A stretch of 61,603 nucleotides of DNA, counting the filler, from Basidioascus undulatus (taxonomy: Eukaryota): the NCBI GenBank assembly GCA_000826855.1. It is 6 parts of 6 records of this genome, joined end to end, with 100 filler letters (N's around TTAATTAATTAA, not from the genome) between each part and the next. Parts side by side here need not be neighbours in the genome. Positions count along the whole stretch, not along the records: positions 1 to 10,199 come from JTLS01001164.1; positions 10,300 to 20,496 come from JTLS01001165.1; 4 more parts are not named here. One strand, 5' to 3'. Numbering within the stretch: the stretch's first letter is position 1; every line of letters starts with the position of its first letter. A program made the position numbers and the translations under genes. The notes under the pieces are model-generated. The model saw nothing but the letters and a program-made list of their open reading frames with translations, was not told the DNA's origin and did not search any database. Shown in pieces: positions 1-13,883 of this stretch.

Positions 1-363
1 GGGGAGAAGCAGCATGGTGCGGTTGGTGCAGACAGAGAAACCAGAGGGTGGAGAGGTTGAGAAAGAAAGAGGGGCGTGATAAGGGGAAGGATGTGCAGGG
101 AAGTATGAGACTTATCGAGGACCATGATGGAACGGGAACTTTGTGCAAAACCTTTGGGGTGGGACGAAGAGGAGATGGAGCGGAGGGAGGAAGACCAGGC
201 ACACACTTCCGGCACGGCTTCTCAGCTCGGCCCGGCTCTGCCGATCGACGACTTCGCCGCGTTCACGCCCTGCTCATGCACTCCTTTCCCTCTGACTTCT
301 TCTCACGATTTCCTTCTTGCATCATAAAACCATCAGCGGAAGTGAAGTCTACAATTGTCGCCC

Positions 364-1653
364 ATGTCTGTCTCTCCCCCGCCGACCGTTCCCCTCCCTA
401 GCGGCTACGCGATCCCCCAGCTCGGCCTGGGTGTGTACCAGCTTCCTCGAGAAGAGACCGCAAAGCTCGTCATTGCGGCACTGCAGTCCGGCTACCGCCA
501 TATCGATACGGCGCGGCTGTATCGCAACGAGCGTGAGGTGGGTGAGGGCTGGCAGGCGAGCGGGTTGAAGAGGGAGGATGTGTACCTCAGTGAGTGCTGC
601 GCCAGGCGAAGCCGGGGGAAGTCGTGTCGCTGAAATCCATGTCCTTGGTCTGGTTATTAGCTACTAAGCTCGATAAGGTGGGAACTGGCGAGAAGAGCTC
701 CCAAGACGCAGTTCGGAAGTCTGCTCGATGGCTGAACGTCGGTGAGCCTTCAACGCGGTATTCTTTCTCTGCCGCTTTTGCTGAATACTAGTCGAATATG
801 CCAGAGCACATCGACCTCGTTCTCATTCACTCCGCTACACCCGGAAAGGAGAAGCGTTTGGGAGCGTGGAGGGGCCTTCTTCAGTCCAAAGCCGCAGGGC
901 TGGTCAAAAGCATCGGCGTGTCCAACTAGTTGCGTTTCATCATCTCCCTTGACTCTTTCATACCCACACGAGCTGAATCTATCTGCGCTATACCGTGCAG
1001 CGGCATCAGGCACCTTGAAGAGCTCTTTACCGAATTCGGGAACAGCGAGGAAGTCAAGCCGTCCGTGAACCAGATCGAGCTGCACCCCTGGTGCCAGCAA
1101 CGGGACATCGTAACGTACTGCCGCAAGAAGGGTATTGTCATCGAGGTGTGTCCCAATTCTCACCCGGCCTACTCATCCTACCTCCCACCGACTGCAAGCG
1201 CTCGCTCGCTCATTACTGATCCGACTCCGTGTCGAACGCACGACAAGGCATACTCGCCTCTCGTCCGTGCCCAGCGCATGTCCGACCCGACCCTGCGGTC
1301 GATTGCACAAAAGGCAAGTTCCTATCTAATCGATATATGCACTTATACACTGATGTGCGGGCCTCGTCTTTCTCGCAGCACTCGCGCTCGCCCGCGCAAG
1401 TCCTCATCCGCTGGTCGCTCCAGCACGGGTGCGGTCTTTCATGTCCTCAAGGATCTCCCTGCTTTCAATCACGTCGCTCAAACCCAGCTCACACAGTTTT
1501 GTACCCCTCCCCAAATCATCCTCGCCCGAGCGCGTGCGAGAGAACGCAGACGTCTTCGGTTTCGAACTGGACACGGAGGATATGAGCGAGCTGGACGTGC
1601 TTGACGGTGGTAAGGAAGGCGCTGTTACTTGGAATCCTATTGATTGCGATTGA
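364..1653 (+). CDS. Aldo-keto reductase (2,5-DKG reductase/AKR5-like), multi-exon
   Basis: Spliced exons give [106 protein letters not shown]. The catalytic D/Y/K/H tetrad is present. ATG at 364, TGA at 1651-1653. Confidence 0.95.
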
Positions 1654-2488
1654 GGGGTAAAAGGGATGGATGTCGAAATGGGCAGCTTGGGACAGGGAGC
1701 GCGCTAGGAAGCGCTCGCGTGCGGCGGATCACTTGTGCTATGGAAAGGAGGCGGATGAAGAGAGATTGACATGACTTTAACAGAACTCAGCGCATGTAAA
1801 GGTTTACAACAGAGTTTAATGTGTGCATGTAGGTTGGGTGTGACGTGCAGCTGAACCGTTCTTCCTACTGCGACTGCCGTTTGGAACGAGGAGTCGACCA
1901 GGGCACGCGTTCGTCCTATGCACCACGGGTTGGGCGTGATGGTCTCGACAGACTACATGAGTTATAAGTATTACAGAATGTCCAGCCAAAGCCTAACGGT
2001 CTGAAATCTACCCTCATGTCTTTATGCGCCTTCGACCCATAGCTGTTTGCCATTCGGTTCACACTCTAGGCAACAGCCTTCTCCTCATCGGTGATTGTAT
2101 TGCTCTCCTCGTTGCATAATCTTACTATGCAGTGTAGGATGAGAGCAAACACCGTTACCGATTGCCAGGAAATCAACATAGCGCAGGGTCAGGGCACACT
2201 TCAATACACGACAAATCTGACGAAGTTTAGAGGACCGGCCCGCCGTTGGATGCTTGCGATCTCAACGAATCTCAATACGCTAGAAAACCCCTTCACCCGA
2301 GTTCCATCATTCGAATTTAGACACCATTTCGGCGAAAGAAAGCAAGCACAATTTCGATGCACTGCTTGGCGTGCGTGGAAGAGAGGAAATGCGGGGCGTC
2401 TGGGATAACGTATGCTTCTGGGCGGGTAGCTGTCATGGTGTTGATCAACATCTAATCAGGATAAATGTCGTGAGGGGCGCGTAAGCTA

Positions 2489-4500
2489 CTAGCTACGCCG
2501 AAGCCGCTGCAGCATCACAGCGGGCAGCTGACGCACCGGCGTAGAAACTTCGGGCGGGTAGGCGACGTCGGCGCCTAAAAGGGTGCACATGTGGTGAAAC
2601 ATGATATTCGGAATATCCTTGAATTTGCGAGGAAGAGAACATATCTCACCACCAGCAATGATGACGACCGGCATGGTGAGCCGTGCGTTCTCCTTTCGAC
2701 TAAGCGGTTTCCTGTGGGTTGAAGCTACTCAGCTACGGGCATAGCGCTGTACTGAGCGTGCGGGGTACCTATCGATGAGTTGCGACCTGGACGTTATCCC
2801 TCGTCAGTACTCCATGGGCAAAAATCCCCATAGGAGAGGACTTACCATTGCTTTGCCAATGCGAATCGCCAAACGCCTTCGCCGCCGAAGTTGCGCTCAA
2901 ATAGGGAAGTTTGCTCTGCAGATGGAGGTCAGCTTGAGCCTATCTGCACCTGAACAACATAGATAGTCTCATACGGTCGATGAAAGTGGCGTTTCGCAAA
3001 GTCGCCATACCACCCTTTGCGGGGTCTATCAGCGGTCCATCCTGGAAGCCAAGGAAGGAAGTGGCGATAGCGAAGAAAGGCGACACACAGCACAGCTATT
3101 GTGTCGATGGGGAACTTGTCCTGAGCAAGACTGTGAGGTGAATTAGAGAAGCTTGGCCCTGGCTTCGAGACTTAGCGGAGGAGGGCTGGTACCTCTCGTC
3201 GCAAGGTGCTCCATACAGAGTGTCAGGAGACTGGGAAGAAGCCCATCTGTTGATGCAACTGTGTTAGTGGGTCTAGTACGTAGACGACAGACGCACTTCA
3301 CTCGGCGTATACATACCCACAAGGATCAAGGACCGCACCATCTCCGGCCGAGCAGCGGCCATCCGCATGCCCCCCACAAGTGCACCTGCGGCCCGCGAAG
3401 GTAACGGAGTTCAACCCGCCGTCTTAGTAAACAGCTAACCACGCGATCGACTTCCATGAGCGGATCGAGCGCACCTTGCCCACTTTCAGCCCGTCCAGAA
3501 CCAGCCCAATTTCGTTGGCGACCTTCTGAGCATCGTACGGCAGATTATTCGGAGGGGCCCGAGTCCGTCGGTGTAATGGTTGTCGAAAGCAATCTGCAGT
3601 GGGGTTATTGCGCACCAAATGAACACTCCGGGAGAGCTCACCAAGTTATACTTGCTCGACAAGCGCGGATCCTCGAACTGTGGGCGAAAAAATGCCACGT
3701 CGACAGCAGGAGGTCTGGGTAGGCGTAGGGTACAAGTCAGCTGGATGCTCCGTGAAGCTCGTCAAGGATTCACGTACTCCAGAAACACGATTGTTTCCCT
3801 GGTCTTGTCGAGTACGAAGGGATAGAGCGTGTAATACAGCGAAACGCCGTTGCCGATATGGGCGTACATGATTATCCAATGGCTGAGGGTTTCCTAGTAA
3901 CCTGAGAGTGGTAGGGCAGTAGGGAGGTGAGTTTTGGGATACCCGAAGAGGAGGAGCAGCGCAGGCAGAGCAACGCGGAACCCGGTAGACGGCACGTCGC
4001 AGGCGGATGTGATTCGCTTCGACTTCCCCTTCCACCTGTGAACACCGTCTGGAGATTTGTGGAGAATTACAGTTAAGAGGGGGACCTCAAAATTGCGGCC
4101 GTCCGGGTATCAGTGATCACTCGAGGCAATTGACGCTCCCGTCGAGTCCTAAGCGGCGCTGCATACCTCCGCACGGACTGGAACTGGCCCGTCTTCCCGC
4201 AGATGTTGATTAGCCAGGGGCCCGCCTCGTATGATCGCTGCTGAAGAAAACCGGCGAAGATATTTGTAAGCTTGCTGAGTTCCAGCATTTGGAATCTTCC
4301 GTACTCTTCAGGTGCTCTCAGAGGTCAGTGTCGCCGTCGCTCTGCTTCTCACGAGCGGCAGCCGTACTGTGACCTTCATCAGATCTCGACCTGCCTTTCC
4401 AGCTCAACTTGCTATTATAGTACCGCTCAAACAAGTTTTCATGGAAGGTTTCAAACTGACTTTCCCAATCGACTTTCAGAGAGGCTATGGATGACTGTCA
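2489..4500 (-). pseudogene. Degraded multi-exon gene remnant, product unknown
   Basis: Several protein-like minus-strand segments (e.g. VAFFRPQFEDPRLSSKYNLV, FLGFQDGPLIDPAKGWYGDFAKRHF) broken by stops and frame changes. No family recognised; boundaries approximate. Confidence 0.3.
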
Positions 4501-5134
4501 ATTCTCGCTAACGGCTGGAGCGCATTGTCTTGTCTCGCCTTCTCGACCCTTGCAGTTCGCGCGATAAGAGTTCAGCCGCTTCTCATCGTTCATTACACCC
4601 GAAAAATTTTCTTGTATTGGTCCAGAAAAGCTGCCGACAGCATCCTGGTCTTGAAGATTCTTACATGCACTTGTCATCTAGACACGCCAATTCTCTTGGT
4701 CAAGTGTGCCCCTGCAACATGACACACGGTAGAAACTGCCTACCAGTGGAACCACGCTAAAGTTACTTCACTCATAATCAAGCAATGCAAACTGCTGAAA
4801 AATGTTCTCGTCTTGAACTCGATCGCTGTCCTCGTTCTCATAGGCTCGAACAAGGCCTCACTGAGCCAAGAGCGGCCACCCAATTCGGCAAATCCGAATC
4901 CAATACCGTGTCCTCAGCTGTTGGTTGTTACTCCAGGGTGCCGTACCTCCCACTTCCGCTGGAGGGCTGACAGGCCCGCACCTACCCGTGCATTCCTTTG
5001 GCTGCAGACATTTCAACCTCATATCCCGGCCATCAGACCCACGATTAAGAACTCATCTTCTCTCCTCAAACGCTCAGCAACTTCTCCTACTTCATCAAAG
5101 GACCTTGGTACCTCCACTCCTTGATTTCGGAAGT

Positions 5135-6719
5135 ATGGCCACCACCCACACGTACAGCGCTGTCATCACCGGTAGGACACACCCCCTCGGTACCGTTCCC
5201 AACAACACACACTCATCCTTGCTCAAATCTTTCTAGGCGTCTCAACTGGCCTTGGGGAAGCTCTCGCACGCCGGATCCAAATCCCAGGGCGTCAGGATAG
5301 TGATCGGCAACAGGTTTGCGACGGTGGGGCAGAAGGTGGTGGACGACCTCAACGCCATTCGCCCCAAGTAAGTGCGGTGGCGCAATGGAGGTGGAAAAGA
5401 GGATGAGGGCTAATCTCTTCACTCCACTCCTCGCTGTCACTCCCCCTTCTTTCACCCGGTCGACGTCAAGAGTTGGGAGAAGCAAGTTGCGTTCATGAAG
5501 TTCGCAGTGGCGAAGCTGGGCAGGATCGACTATGGTGGGTGTCACGCTCATTTTTCGTACCTCATGGTGTAGCCCACCAATAGAACGTTCACTACCCCCA
5601 CAAAGTCTTCGCGAACGCGGACATTGCTGAATCGGTGCGTTGAGGTCCCTACTATTAAACTGCAGGTTCTTCGAGCCACGATGGTAATGTACTTACCATT
5701 GAACTGTGCTCAGCCCTTCCTACCTAAACTTGGGAGCAACCCGGCCGAGTTTGAGAAGCCCGATTTCTCCGTTTTCGACATCGACCTGGTGGGGAGTGTC
5801 TTCACAGCGGCGATCGCGGTGCAGATATTCCGCAAGCAGCCCATCGGACTGGATGGCTTCAGAGGCAAGGTACGCAACCCATCTCCTGAAATTTTTGGGT
5901 TGAAGTGACAGTATATCTGAGGTTATTCCCGCCCAAGGTGGTCGGGGCCGGAAGCATGGTGTGAGTGCTACTGGGCAGGAGAACGACTGGTAGCGTATGC
6001 CTCCCACTGACGCCGCATGTGCGATAACCGTTGCCCGATTAACCCCGCTCGTTCTACTCAGTCCCGCACATTCGGCTCTACAGCGCGGCAAAGCGGACAA
6101 CCGTTTTGTTTATCCGGAGTCTGGGAAAGACGCTCGAAGATGAAAACATCACAGTCAACGCATGCGCCCGCCGTTCTTCTTTCCCCACCATTACGTACCT
6201 GGGCCCTTGCCGAGCCTGCCCTGCTAAATATGACTCGACATTGATACGCCGCTTTAATATTTCTCCCTAGTGCACTATTGTCTGCACCAACATCTCCCGT
6301 CCGTCTTCCTCCTTTCCCCCAATGCTCAAGGCTTTCGCTGTCCATTGCTGCTAATTATCGTGCTCGACCCTTCCTGTAGCCTCCAACCTCGCCGAGGCCG
6401 CCCTTTTCGAAAAGGCCGAGGCCCAAGGCCTGATCACGCCAACCGAGACCGTCCTCCAGGGTTTCCTGTCTTTCTTGGGCGACAGTCCCCTCAACGGTGA
6501 GCCACGTCCCCTGTTCAGCACACCCCGACATCACGTACCAACCGCTCGTTGAATGTCCAGGAGAGATCGCGGAGACGAGTCTGGACAAGGTACACTGCCG
6601 CGTATCAGATCCCCTACGTCGACGTCACCAGCAAGATCAACTGCCACACGCTGAAGAACCTTTACAAGCACGCTTTCTACCGCGTCAAGGAGGTTGAAAG
6701 CGTCAAGGCGCACCTTTGA
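5135..6719 (+). pseudogene. Short-chain dehydrogenase/reductase (15-PGDH-like), probably disrupted
   Basis: MATTHTYSAVITG-VSTGLG (TGxxxGxG), VDVKSWEKQV, LGRIDYVFANA, FDIDLVG, YSAAK (YxxxK). There is a +1 frameshift near 5279-5281 and no clear AG acceptor before the third exon. Confidence 0.75.
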
Positions 6720-9358
6720 TAGCTCGCTGTGTATGCCGACTTCTTTTGTGAAGCTTTTCATACCTTTGGAACCATCAGATTTAGCTCTAATCGGTGTGGA
6801 TTACGGACGACCTTGGCTTGTTCCTACGTTCTACGGGTGCGACAGGACGACTGCGTTTCCAACATCTTTGTACCACAAAGAAAGGAACTGGAGATATTCA
6901 CCCGTATAGCCGGCATCAACACGCATGCACCTCCAAATCTCCTTCCTGTGACGCCTTTGGCTGTATCACCACACACAGATCAGCTTAAATCAGTTGACAT
7001 TGACATTGTCCACGAGCGCAGCCGCGGGCCGTCTTCCCTTTCCCCAAATGCAGAACCGTGAAAGCCGTGTCCGCATGTTTTGTGATTTTTTTCGCTTTTA
7101 TGAGCGGCAGCTGTTCGGGAAAAGAAGGCCCGGCAGGACAGAGGACAGTGGTACGTAAAAACGTTTGCTGTGCTCAAGAGTCGAAATGTGTGCCGCCGCG
7201 ATTGACAGGCTCCGTCGCCTAAGCCGTGGAGGAACACCGATGTGCTTTGAGATTGTGCAAATCTGGCAACGAAACTTTCTCCGTCCGAGTACCTTAAGTG
7301 GGGATGCAACATGCTGCTCTTCGTTCTTGCAGCGCACAACTTCCAGCTCCACCCGCGTTCGCATGCTTCATAGGGCCTCATATCAGTGTCGTATTTTGTA
7401 CACTCTGCGCCAGCCCTCTTCCTATCCGGACACACAGGAGGACGCCGCTCCCCCTGCTGCCCTGCCAAATCGTCCAGCAGGCTGCCTCTGGCCGAGAGTC
7501 GCGAATGAAGAAGCCGACTGCCTCGAGCTCGCCGAAAGATAGCTTCGAGTTTCGAAGTAGATGTGATTCGTGCAGACGGAGGTCGTTATACGCCCTCAAG
7601 GTCACGTGACAAGGCTGCATCCATGTTTTTTTTCCTTAGGATTTCACGCCCTGGCTATTCCCAGGCTGCTCATTCACGGGCTGCTGAAGATTTGTCCGCA
7701 CTGCCGCAGCTTGGCTCCGGCGTGCAGGGAAGCAGCGCTGGACTTTGCTAGACTAGGGCGATTTGTTTGGTGTCAACCTCCATCGCTACTCCATTACACG
7801 GCGTGTCAATACAGTTGTGGGTCAATTGAGGTAGATGTACGTGTACAGCATCTGCCCGCTAAGAAATGTTCATTGCAAGGCCACTTGCACTCAAATATGT
7901 CAATGGCACGTCGGACATGGTGTACGACTTCGCCGAGCGTGCAAGTGCCAACGATATGCTTAGTTTCACTCTAGCAGTCGATTCTCCAGCCACCTTCGCT
8001 ACGATCCCACCAAGCCCACCAACCTATTATAAATTATACAGAATAAAAATACACACTCTCCCTTTGTGTAACAATGCAGCGCAGAATGTCATGGCGTGCT
8101 TCGGGAAGGAGCGAAGGTCTCACCGACGTTGTTGTTCAAGTTGCTTGTCGTGTGCGGGTGTTGGTGCCTAGCAAAGTCGACAGCCACACTACCGCATAGC
8201 ATAGGTTTTGGTCGAGCTTGGCTGTGCACCAATGGGGCACGGAGCATCCCATGCAGATTTTACCTGTATCCGTGCCGGTCACTTGACTGCGTTTGCTGCT
8301 GATGAGCTGATCGACCCACCCGCCGCGACGTATACATCCATAGCAGCAGCAACACGCACGGTCCCACTATCAAATATCGTAATCTCTGACTTTTTATAGA
8401 GAACGTTGAACACTTGGACTTGCTGCGAGCAAGTAGCGTCTTCGTGTCGAAGCTTCATTGACAATCTCTGCGCCTCGGAAGCCTGTTCCTCCCTCTAGCA
8501 ACACCCTTGTCCCTCTCTCAGCTTGAATGAAAAGATTTTTTGTAGAGGATTTACGGCGAATCCAGTGTTGTGAGTGCAAGTCTTGGGCCGGTGGCAGCGT
8601 GATGCGCGATGGTCCATCCTAGTCCAGCCACACGCACACGAGCAAGCATGCGCAGCCCATACGAAGTTGCACGTCGTTTGCCGACTTCGCTTTAGAGCGC
8701 CCCGACAGGGCCGCCGCTCATGATGCATCAAAGCCTACGCCTACTCCCAAGCCTACTGTACTGCAGTGCGAATGTGCGTGTGTGTGTGGGCGCATTAAAG
8801 TACATATATAATACAACTTTTCAACTTCTTCAACTTCAGCTTCTTCAGTATGTCTCTCATTAAAGTGGAGAACGGAGGGGAAGGGGGGGGCAGGATGATC
8901 GAATGTGACCAAGGAAGGCGAGAAAGCGTTCGTTTTCGGTGAAGAGTGTCCAAGAAAGAGAGAACAAGGGCGGGAAAGGGGGGTGTACAACGTCGACCGA
9001 ACGTGCTGTGGTGGACAAATACGTGCGACCCCAGCGGGTGTCTAGGCTTCGCGGGGCGGGCGAGCGGGTGGGTGGGCTTCGCTGTGCGCGGTGGGGAGGA
9101 GGGAGGAGATGCGTATGCGTGCGTGCGAGTGAGGTAATAAACAATGTGCGTGTGGCGACGTATTACTGGTCGAACTGATTGGTCGGGCCGGGCGGTCAGG
9201 TTGGTTCGCTCGTCGGCGGTGGGGTGCGAAGGGCGGAGGGGGAGGCGATGGGAGAAGGGAAGGGGAGAGGGTAGGGAGGAGAGAAGGACGGGGTGGAGGA
9301 AGCAAAGGGGAGAGAATAGGCGCGGAGCGGCGTCATGTCCACCCGCCGCCGCCGTGCA

Positions 9359-10199
9359 TCACATGCGGTGGAAGCGCGGCATGGGCGTGCGGCGGCTTCC
9401 CCCCCGCGCGCGCGCTCGCGGCCTGCTGCGTGCGGATGTCGGCGAGCGTGCCTTTGAGGTGGGCGACTTCCTCGCTGTTCCCGTTTCACTGACTTGTAAG
9501 AACGAGATGAGGAGGAAGAGAAGGAGGAGGAGGGAGAAGCAGAAGAGACGAACCGCAGCGCGATCACCGTCTGCCTAAGCATGTCATTCTCGCTCGAGAG
9601 GACGTCTGTAAGTTCCGTTTCCGTTCCCATTCTCGTAAGTATTTGGAAAAGGGCAGAGAAAGCGAAGAAAAGGAAGAGGGAACGCACCAGCCTGCTCCTG
9701 CAGCGTCGACAACCACTTTTTCTTTCGCTGCCTGCACCTGAGCGCCGCTGTTTCCCGCACCCAACACACACCTTCATGAGTTAGTTTTCCCATCCCTTCC
9801 GCGACATACAGAATCCAAACGAAGAAAGAAGGCTCGGTGGCGGCGGACGGATGCGAAAGAAGAGAGCAGATACAGGAAGAGCCAACGCACCCTGCCGATT
9901 CCTCTCCAGCATATCCAGCCTCTTCTCTTCCTCCGTCAACCCCTGCGTCTCCTTCTTTCGCGTCCCCCCGCGCCCGACCGGCTTCTGGATAGGCGGGACG
10001 TCTTCGCCCAGGTCCATCGTCCGCCACGCGGCCGTGCCGGGGCCGGAGGTGACGACGCTGCGGCGCTTCCCCGTCCCTCCCATGGTCGCAGGTGTTGCTT
10101 CCCCTGCGCTGGAGGAGGTGGAGCGCTTGCGCTTGGAGGAGGTGGGGGAAGGGGGAAGCGGGTGGCAGAGGGTGGTGGGGGAAGTATTGGTAGAGGGGG
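9359..10199 (-). CDS. ATF/CREB-type bZIP transcription factor (Atf1/Atf21-like), 5' end cut by contig end
   Basis: Spliced exons give EEEKRLDMLERNRQAALRCRQRKKKWLSTLQEQADVLSSENDMLRQTVIALREEVAHLK, a basic region plus leucine zipper. Confidence 0.9.
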
Positions 10200-10299
10200 N
10201 NNNNNNNNNNNNNNNNNNNNNNNNNNNNNNNNNNNNNNNNNNNTTAATTAATTAANNNNNNNNNNNNNNNNNNNNNNNNNNNNNNNNNNNNNNNNNNNN
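10200..10299. other. Artificial contig spacer (N-TTAATTAATTAA-N)
   Basis: 100-nt spacer with stops in all six frames. The same spacer recurs at 20497-20596, 30788-30887, 41047-41146 and 51326-51425. Confidence 0.98.
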
Positions 10300-10477
10300 C
10301 CGCATCATCTTCCCCCTCCTCATCTTCGCTCACTAGCTCGACCCGCCCCCTCTTTGCCGCCCGCGTCCTTCTTGCAAGGCTCAGAAACGCGCCCGCGCCC
10401 GCGCCGTCCTCGTCCTCCTCGAGCAGCGCGCGCTTGCCGGTCCGGCCGGTCAGCCTCGGGGAAGACGTCGACGCCAT
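10300..10477 (-). CDS. N-terminal fragment of an unidentified protein, cut by contig end
   Basis: MASTSSPRLTGRTGKRALLEEDEDG... with GC-rich codon usage runs into the spacer. Confidence 0.45.
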
Positions 10478-11544
10478 CTAGGTGTCTAGGCAATGGACTG
10501 GGGTAGGGGAGAGGGAAGGGGTATACAGAGCAGGTGGTGGGGTGCGGGTGGGTCTCGCCAGGAGATGACCGTGTGGGGGAAAGCAGAGTGCTGCGATGCG
10601 GGCAGAAGAAACTGAACCGAGCGAGGAGGGGGCGAGACACGTCGCGCGTCTTGGTTAAATGAGGTAGATGTTCAACTCGCGTCGAAGGGCAGGCCTGGGA
10701 AAGCGGCAAATAGCAGGTGGGCTGGCTTTGAAGAAGGGCCGTGCATTTTCCTGAACTCCGGTTTTCAGAAATAATACATTATCTAATCTTGTAACTTCTG
10801 TCGACGCGTTTCGAAAGGGCTCGACATGAAGGCCTGAAAAACTTGGAAAGGAGCGTATGAGAATCCAAAGAAAAGCGTCTGTGCACGAAGGGCTGGCGAG
10901 AAGGTGAACATTAGTTCTTGCTGTGCGCTCCGACGAGCAGTGATGCTTTCTTCCAATCCGCGGAATTTTATCTCAGCAGCCAAAAGGCCTTGAAGAAAGT
11001 GACCGGGTTCACTGCTCTACTTCACTTCATTGTGGAGTAAAGGGTCCCGGCGATGGTTGGAAGACCTGAAGAGCTCACACCCGACACCCACAGCGAGGCG
11101 CCTGCGCGGGACTCGCGAGCTGCTCAGATCTACGTCATAGGTCCTGCGCGTGTGTAGCTTCGAAACCAGGACGGATTAAATATACTCTTCCAAGTCTCCC
11201 CCAGGGACTCGCGGGTGAGCGAAAGGAGCCACGCATCCAGACTGCATTTGCGGCCTCGTTTGTGGTTTGGTGCGCGAGCTGGCTTCGAACTTACACACAT
11301 TTGAAGAAGCTTCCATAAAGAAACGTTGTGCAAATTCGACACCCCAACCTCCGTCCACCACATTTGTTTCGAGTCTCCGATGCAGCCAGCAGCCCGGCCA
11401 GACAGTCTTCCGTCCACGCTCACGCGCTGGACTTTGAGACCTCCTATCAGCCTGAACTGACTCAGAAACTCATCCGTATATATTATTTCACACGGTCTAT
11501 TCGGAGCGCAAGTCCGTCCTGTGCCAGTCTGAAGCCCACACGAC

Positions 11545-13155
11545 TCATTGGCCGATGAGCCGATGTGTCGGTCGTTGGAGGGATCTTTTCCATGAAAGGT
11601 CTCGTTTCTCCAAGGGCCACACCCCTTGACAGTTTGAAATGTGGGAGTTTAAACGGTCTGGATCGACGATACATGTGAGCATTGAGCACCGAGCCTTGTA
11701 GGCATGTTCTGTCCCTGAATGTAAATGATACTCGACTTCGTCCAGAATCTTCATCATCATATGGTGATTCTGAGAAAGAAACAGCCTTGTCACACGGGCA
11801 GACGGAAGTTTTTCAAGGATGTGGGTATGTTTGTTAACATGGGGTGCTGGAACTAATCATCGGCCAAAGCATTCAACAAACGTCCAGCATGGTATATCTC
11901 CCCAGGCGCTCGATTTCCCCCGCTGCAATCCAACCTTCCACCGGCACGCCCCGCTTGGCAACCTCCTCGCGCAGGCTGGCGTCTGGACAGAGAGCGAAGT
12001 TCTCCAGTGCGAGGGTCCGAAGCCCCCGACACTGCCGAGCCACCCTCGGAACAAAGGCCTCCGGTTTCCTGTTGCAATCAAATACGTGTCGATACATGCT
12101 GAAATACTTCAAGCTTTGGAACCCGCAAAGGGCGCTCCCGAGATACTCGGGCTGGAGGATAATGAAGCCGAAGGCCGTTGAAGCGCAGCGCGCAGCTAGC
12201 CACCGTCCAAGTTGGCTAAGACGTACCGTGAAATCCTCATTCCCGATCGGTACTATCCCACCGCACATGATAGTGAGATGTTCTAGTCCCGAGAAGGATG
12301 CTGGAAAGCTCGCACCCAGAGAAAAAGCACGCGCGTCTAGAAACTGGGTTTCGACCGCCAGCGAGCCGAGCCTCGGTAGCGATGACAACGCTGATAAGAA
12401 AGACGCACTGCGCATTTGCCAGGCATAACCAAAGTCCGCCGGAACTGTCTCGAAGTTGGCCTTGACATGCTCGATGCCGAACTGCAACCGCTCGAGACGA
12501 CTGCCGTTGCGGCCGAGGAACGTCTCCAGCGCACCGAAGAAGCCGGTAACGATTACGATATCCCACCGTCTGTGGAAACCGAGCGAAAGGTCGTGTGGCA
12601 CTCTCAGGCGCAAGGTGTGGAGACAGTCGAAAGCCGCACATTCTCGGAGCGCCTGAACGAAGGCTTGGCCGCTTGCGTGGGCCATGTAAGGAAGGGCTCA
12701 GGTCTAGCGTCGCGATGCACCCACCTGAAACTGCGTTGGCGGAAGTCGATGTGCTAGACGGCAAAACGCTCTTGATGCTCAAGCTGTCCAGAAAGACCTC
12801 GATACGCAGCTCGGTCAGGGCCGAAAGGTCGAGCGGAGATACGAATGAGCGGCCGGAAGTGCTGTAGCTGCCCGACTGGGAGTCAATAAAAATGGTCGCC
12901 CTGGAATCCACATCGTTCCAAATGGTATCGTGGATTTGGGATTTCCGTTCGAAAACGTGTCATCAGAGATTTCGACATAAGTGTCGGACAGCGCGCATTT
13001 GCTTGCTACACACCCTTGGCACGGCGAGGACTAAGTTAGTTTCCCTCTCCTACCAGTCCATCGCGCGAGGACGCCACGGAGACAGGTTAGCCGTATCTCG
13101 TGAGCATTTGTCCAGTATGTGCTTTACAACTAGGAGCGCACTTTAATGGAAGGCA
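11545..13155 (-). pseudogene. Degraded F-box/LRR-like protein
   Basis: Leu-rich repeats (LSALTELRIEV, LHTLRLRV, LERLQFGI, LEHLTIMC, LRTLALEN) lie in overlapping frameshifted ORFs 12237-12911 and 11873-12685. There is an F-box-like N-terminal remnant (VVKHILDKC...SKQMRAV). Confidence 0.55.
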
Positions 13156-13883
13156 TATACTTGCAACGCACTGTCCTCAGGCGTGCAAGTCTTTTGGTCT
13201 AGTTTGGCTTCCAGCTGAAGGTCCTTGCTTTTTCGACACCTGTCGGACATCAAGCCGTTTATTTTTCGAAATCCGAATGGGCTTGCTTTTCTGGCTCGTA
13301 CTCTCTACGCGCCACCACGGGGGCGCTCGTACCTTCTCCTGTGTGCCCATGCTTTTGTACTCTGTTTCCCTCACTTCTCCTCTGCAGACCTGACAACCTG
13401 TCCCTTTCAAAAGCTTGGCTGGAAAGACGTAGATTATCAGAGGAATCACCGTCCTGGGGAAAATGAGGGGGATAGAAAGCTTGCGGAAACCGACTGCTCG
13501 GTCGCGCCTCGTGGCAGGCACGACAAGGCGTCTGTGCTCAGTCCATACTGCCTGTCCCCCGCTACGCCAAGCGCGTCGACCGAGCTGTCAGCGCCTTGAG
13601 CAACATGGATAGTCCCTCTGAAACCCTCTTCTCCTCAGTCTGCACTCCATAATCCTGACCGCACCGCGATTGATACTTCGTGCTTCCCTCTGTCTTCTCT
13701 CGAACTCTCCCTCCAGCAGCCCCTAAGCCCCTTCCCCTTCGTCCCGCCCTCGGTCTCGACCTCAACATTCCTTCTCTTTCTCTTTCCATCTCCGCCCGAA
13801 TCACGTCACTCTTTTGATCCGACCTCACACCGACGCTCATTGCTCTTCATCGACCCTGCTATAATCACCTCCGATTCGGTCTC

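Noticed and set aside
10244..10255. TTAATTAATTAA recurring every ~10.3 kb as a biological repeat or CRISPR-like array
   Set aside because: It is always centred in N runs and is a standard six-frame-stop linker.
9359..10477. A single bZIP gene spanning the first gap, using the ATG at 10477
   Set aside because: The gap is an artificial joint between unordered contigs, so same-strand continuity is probably coincidence.
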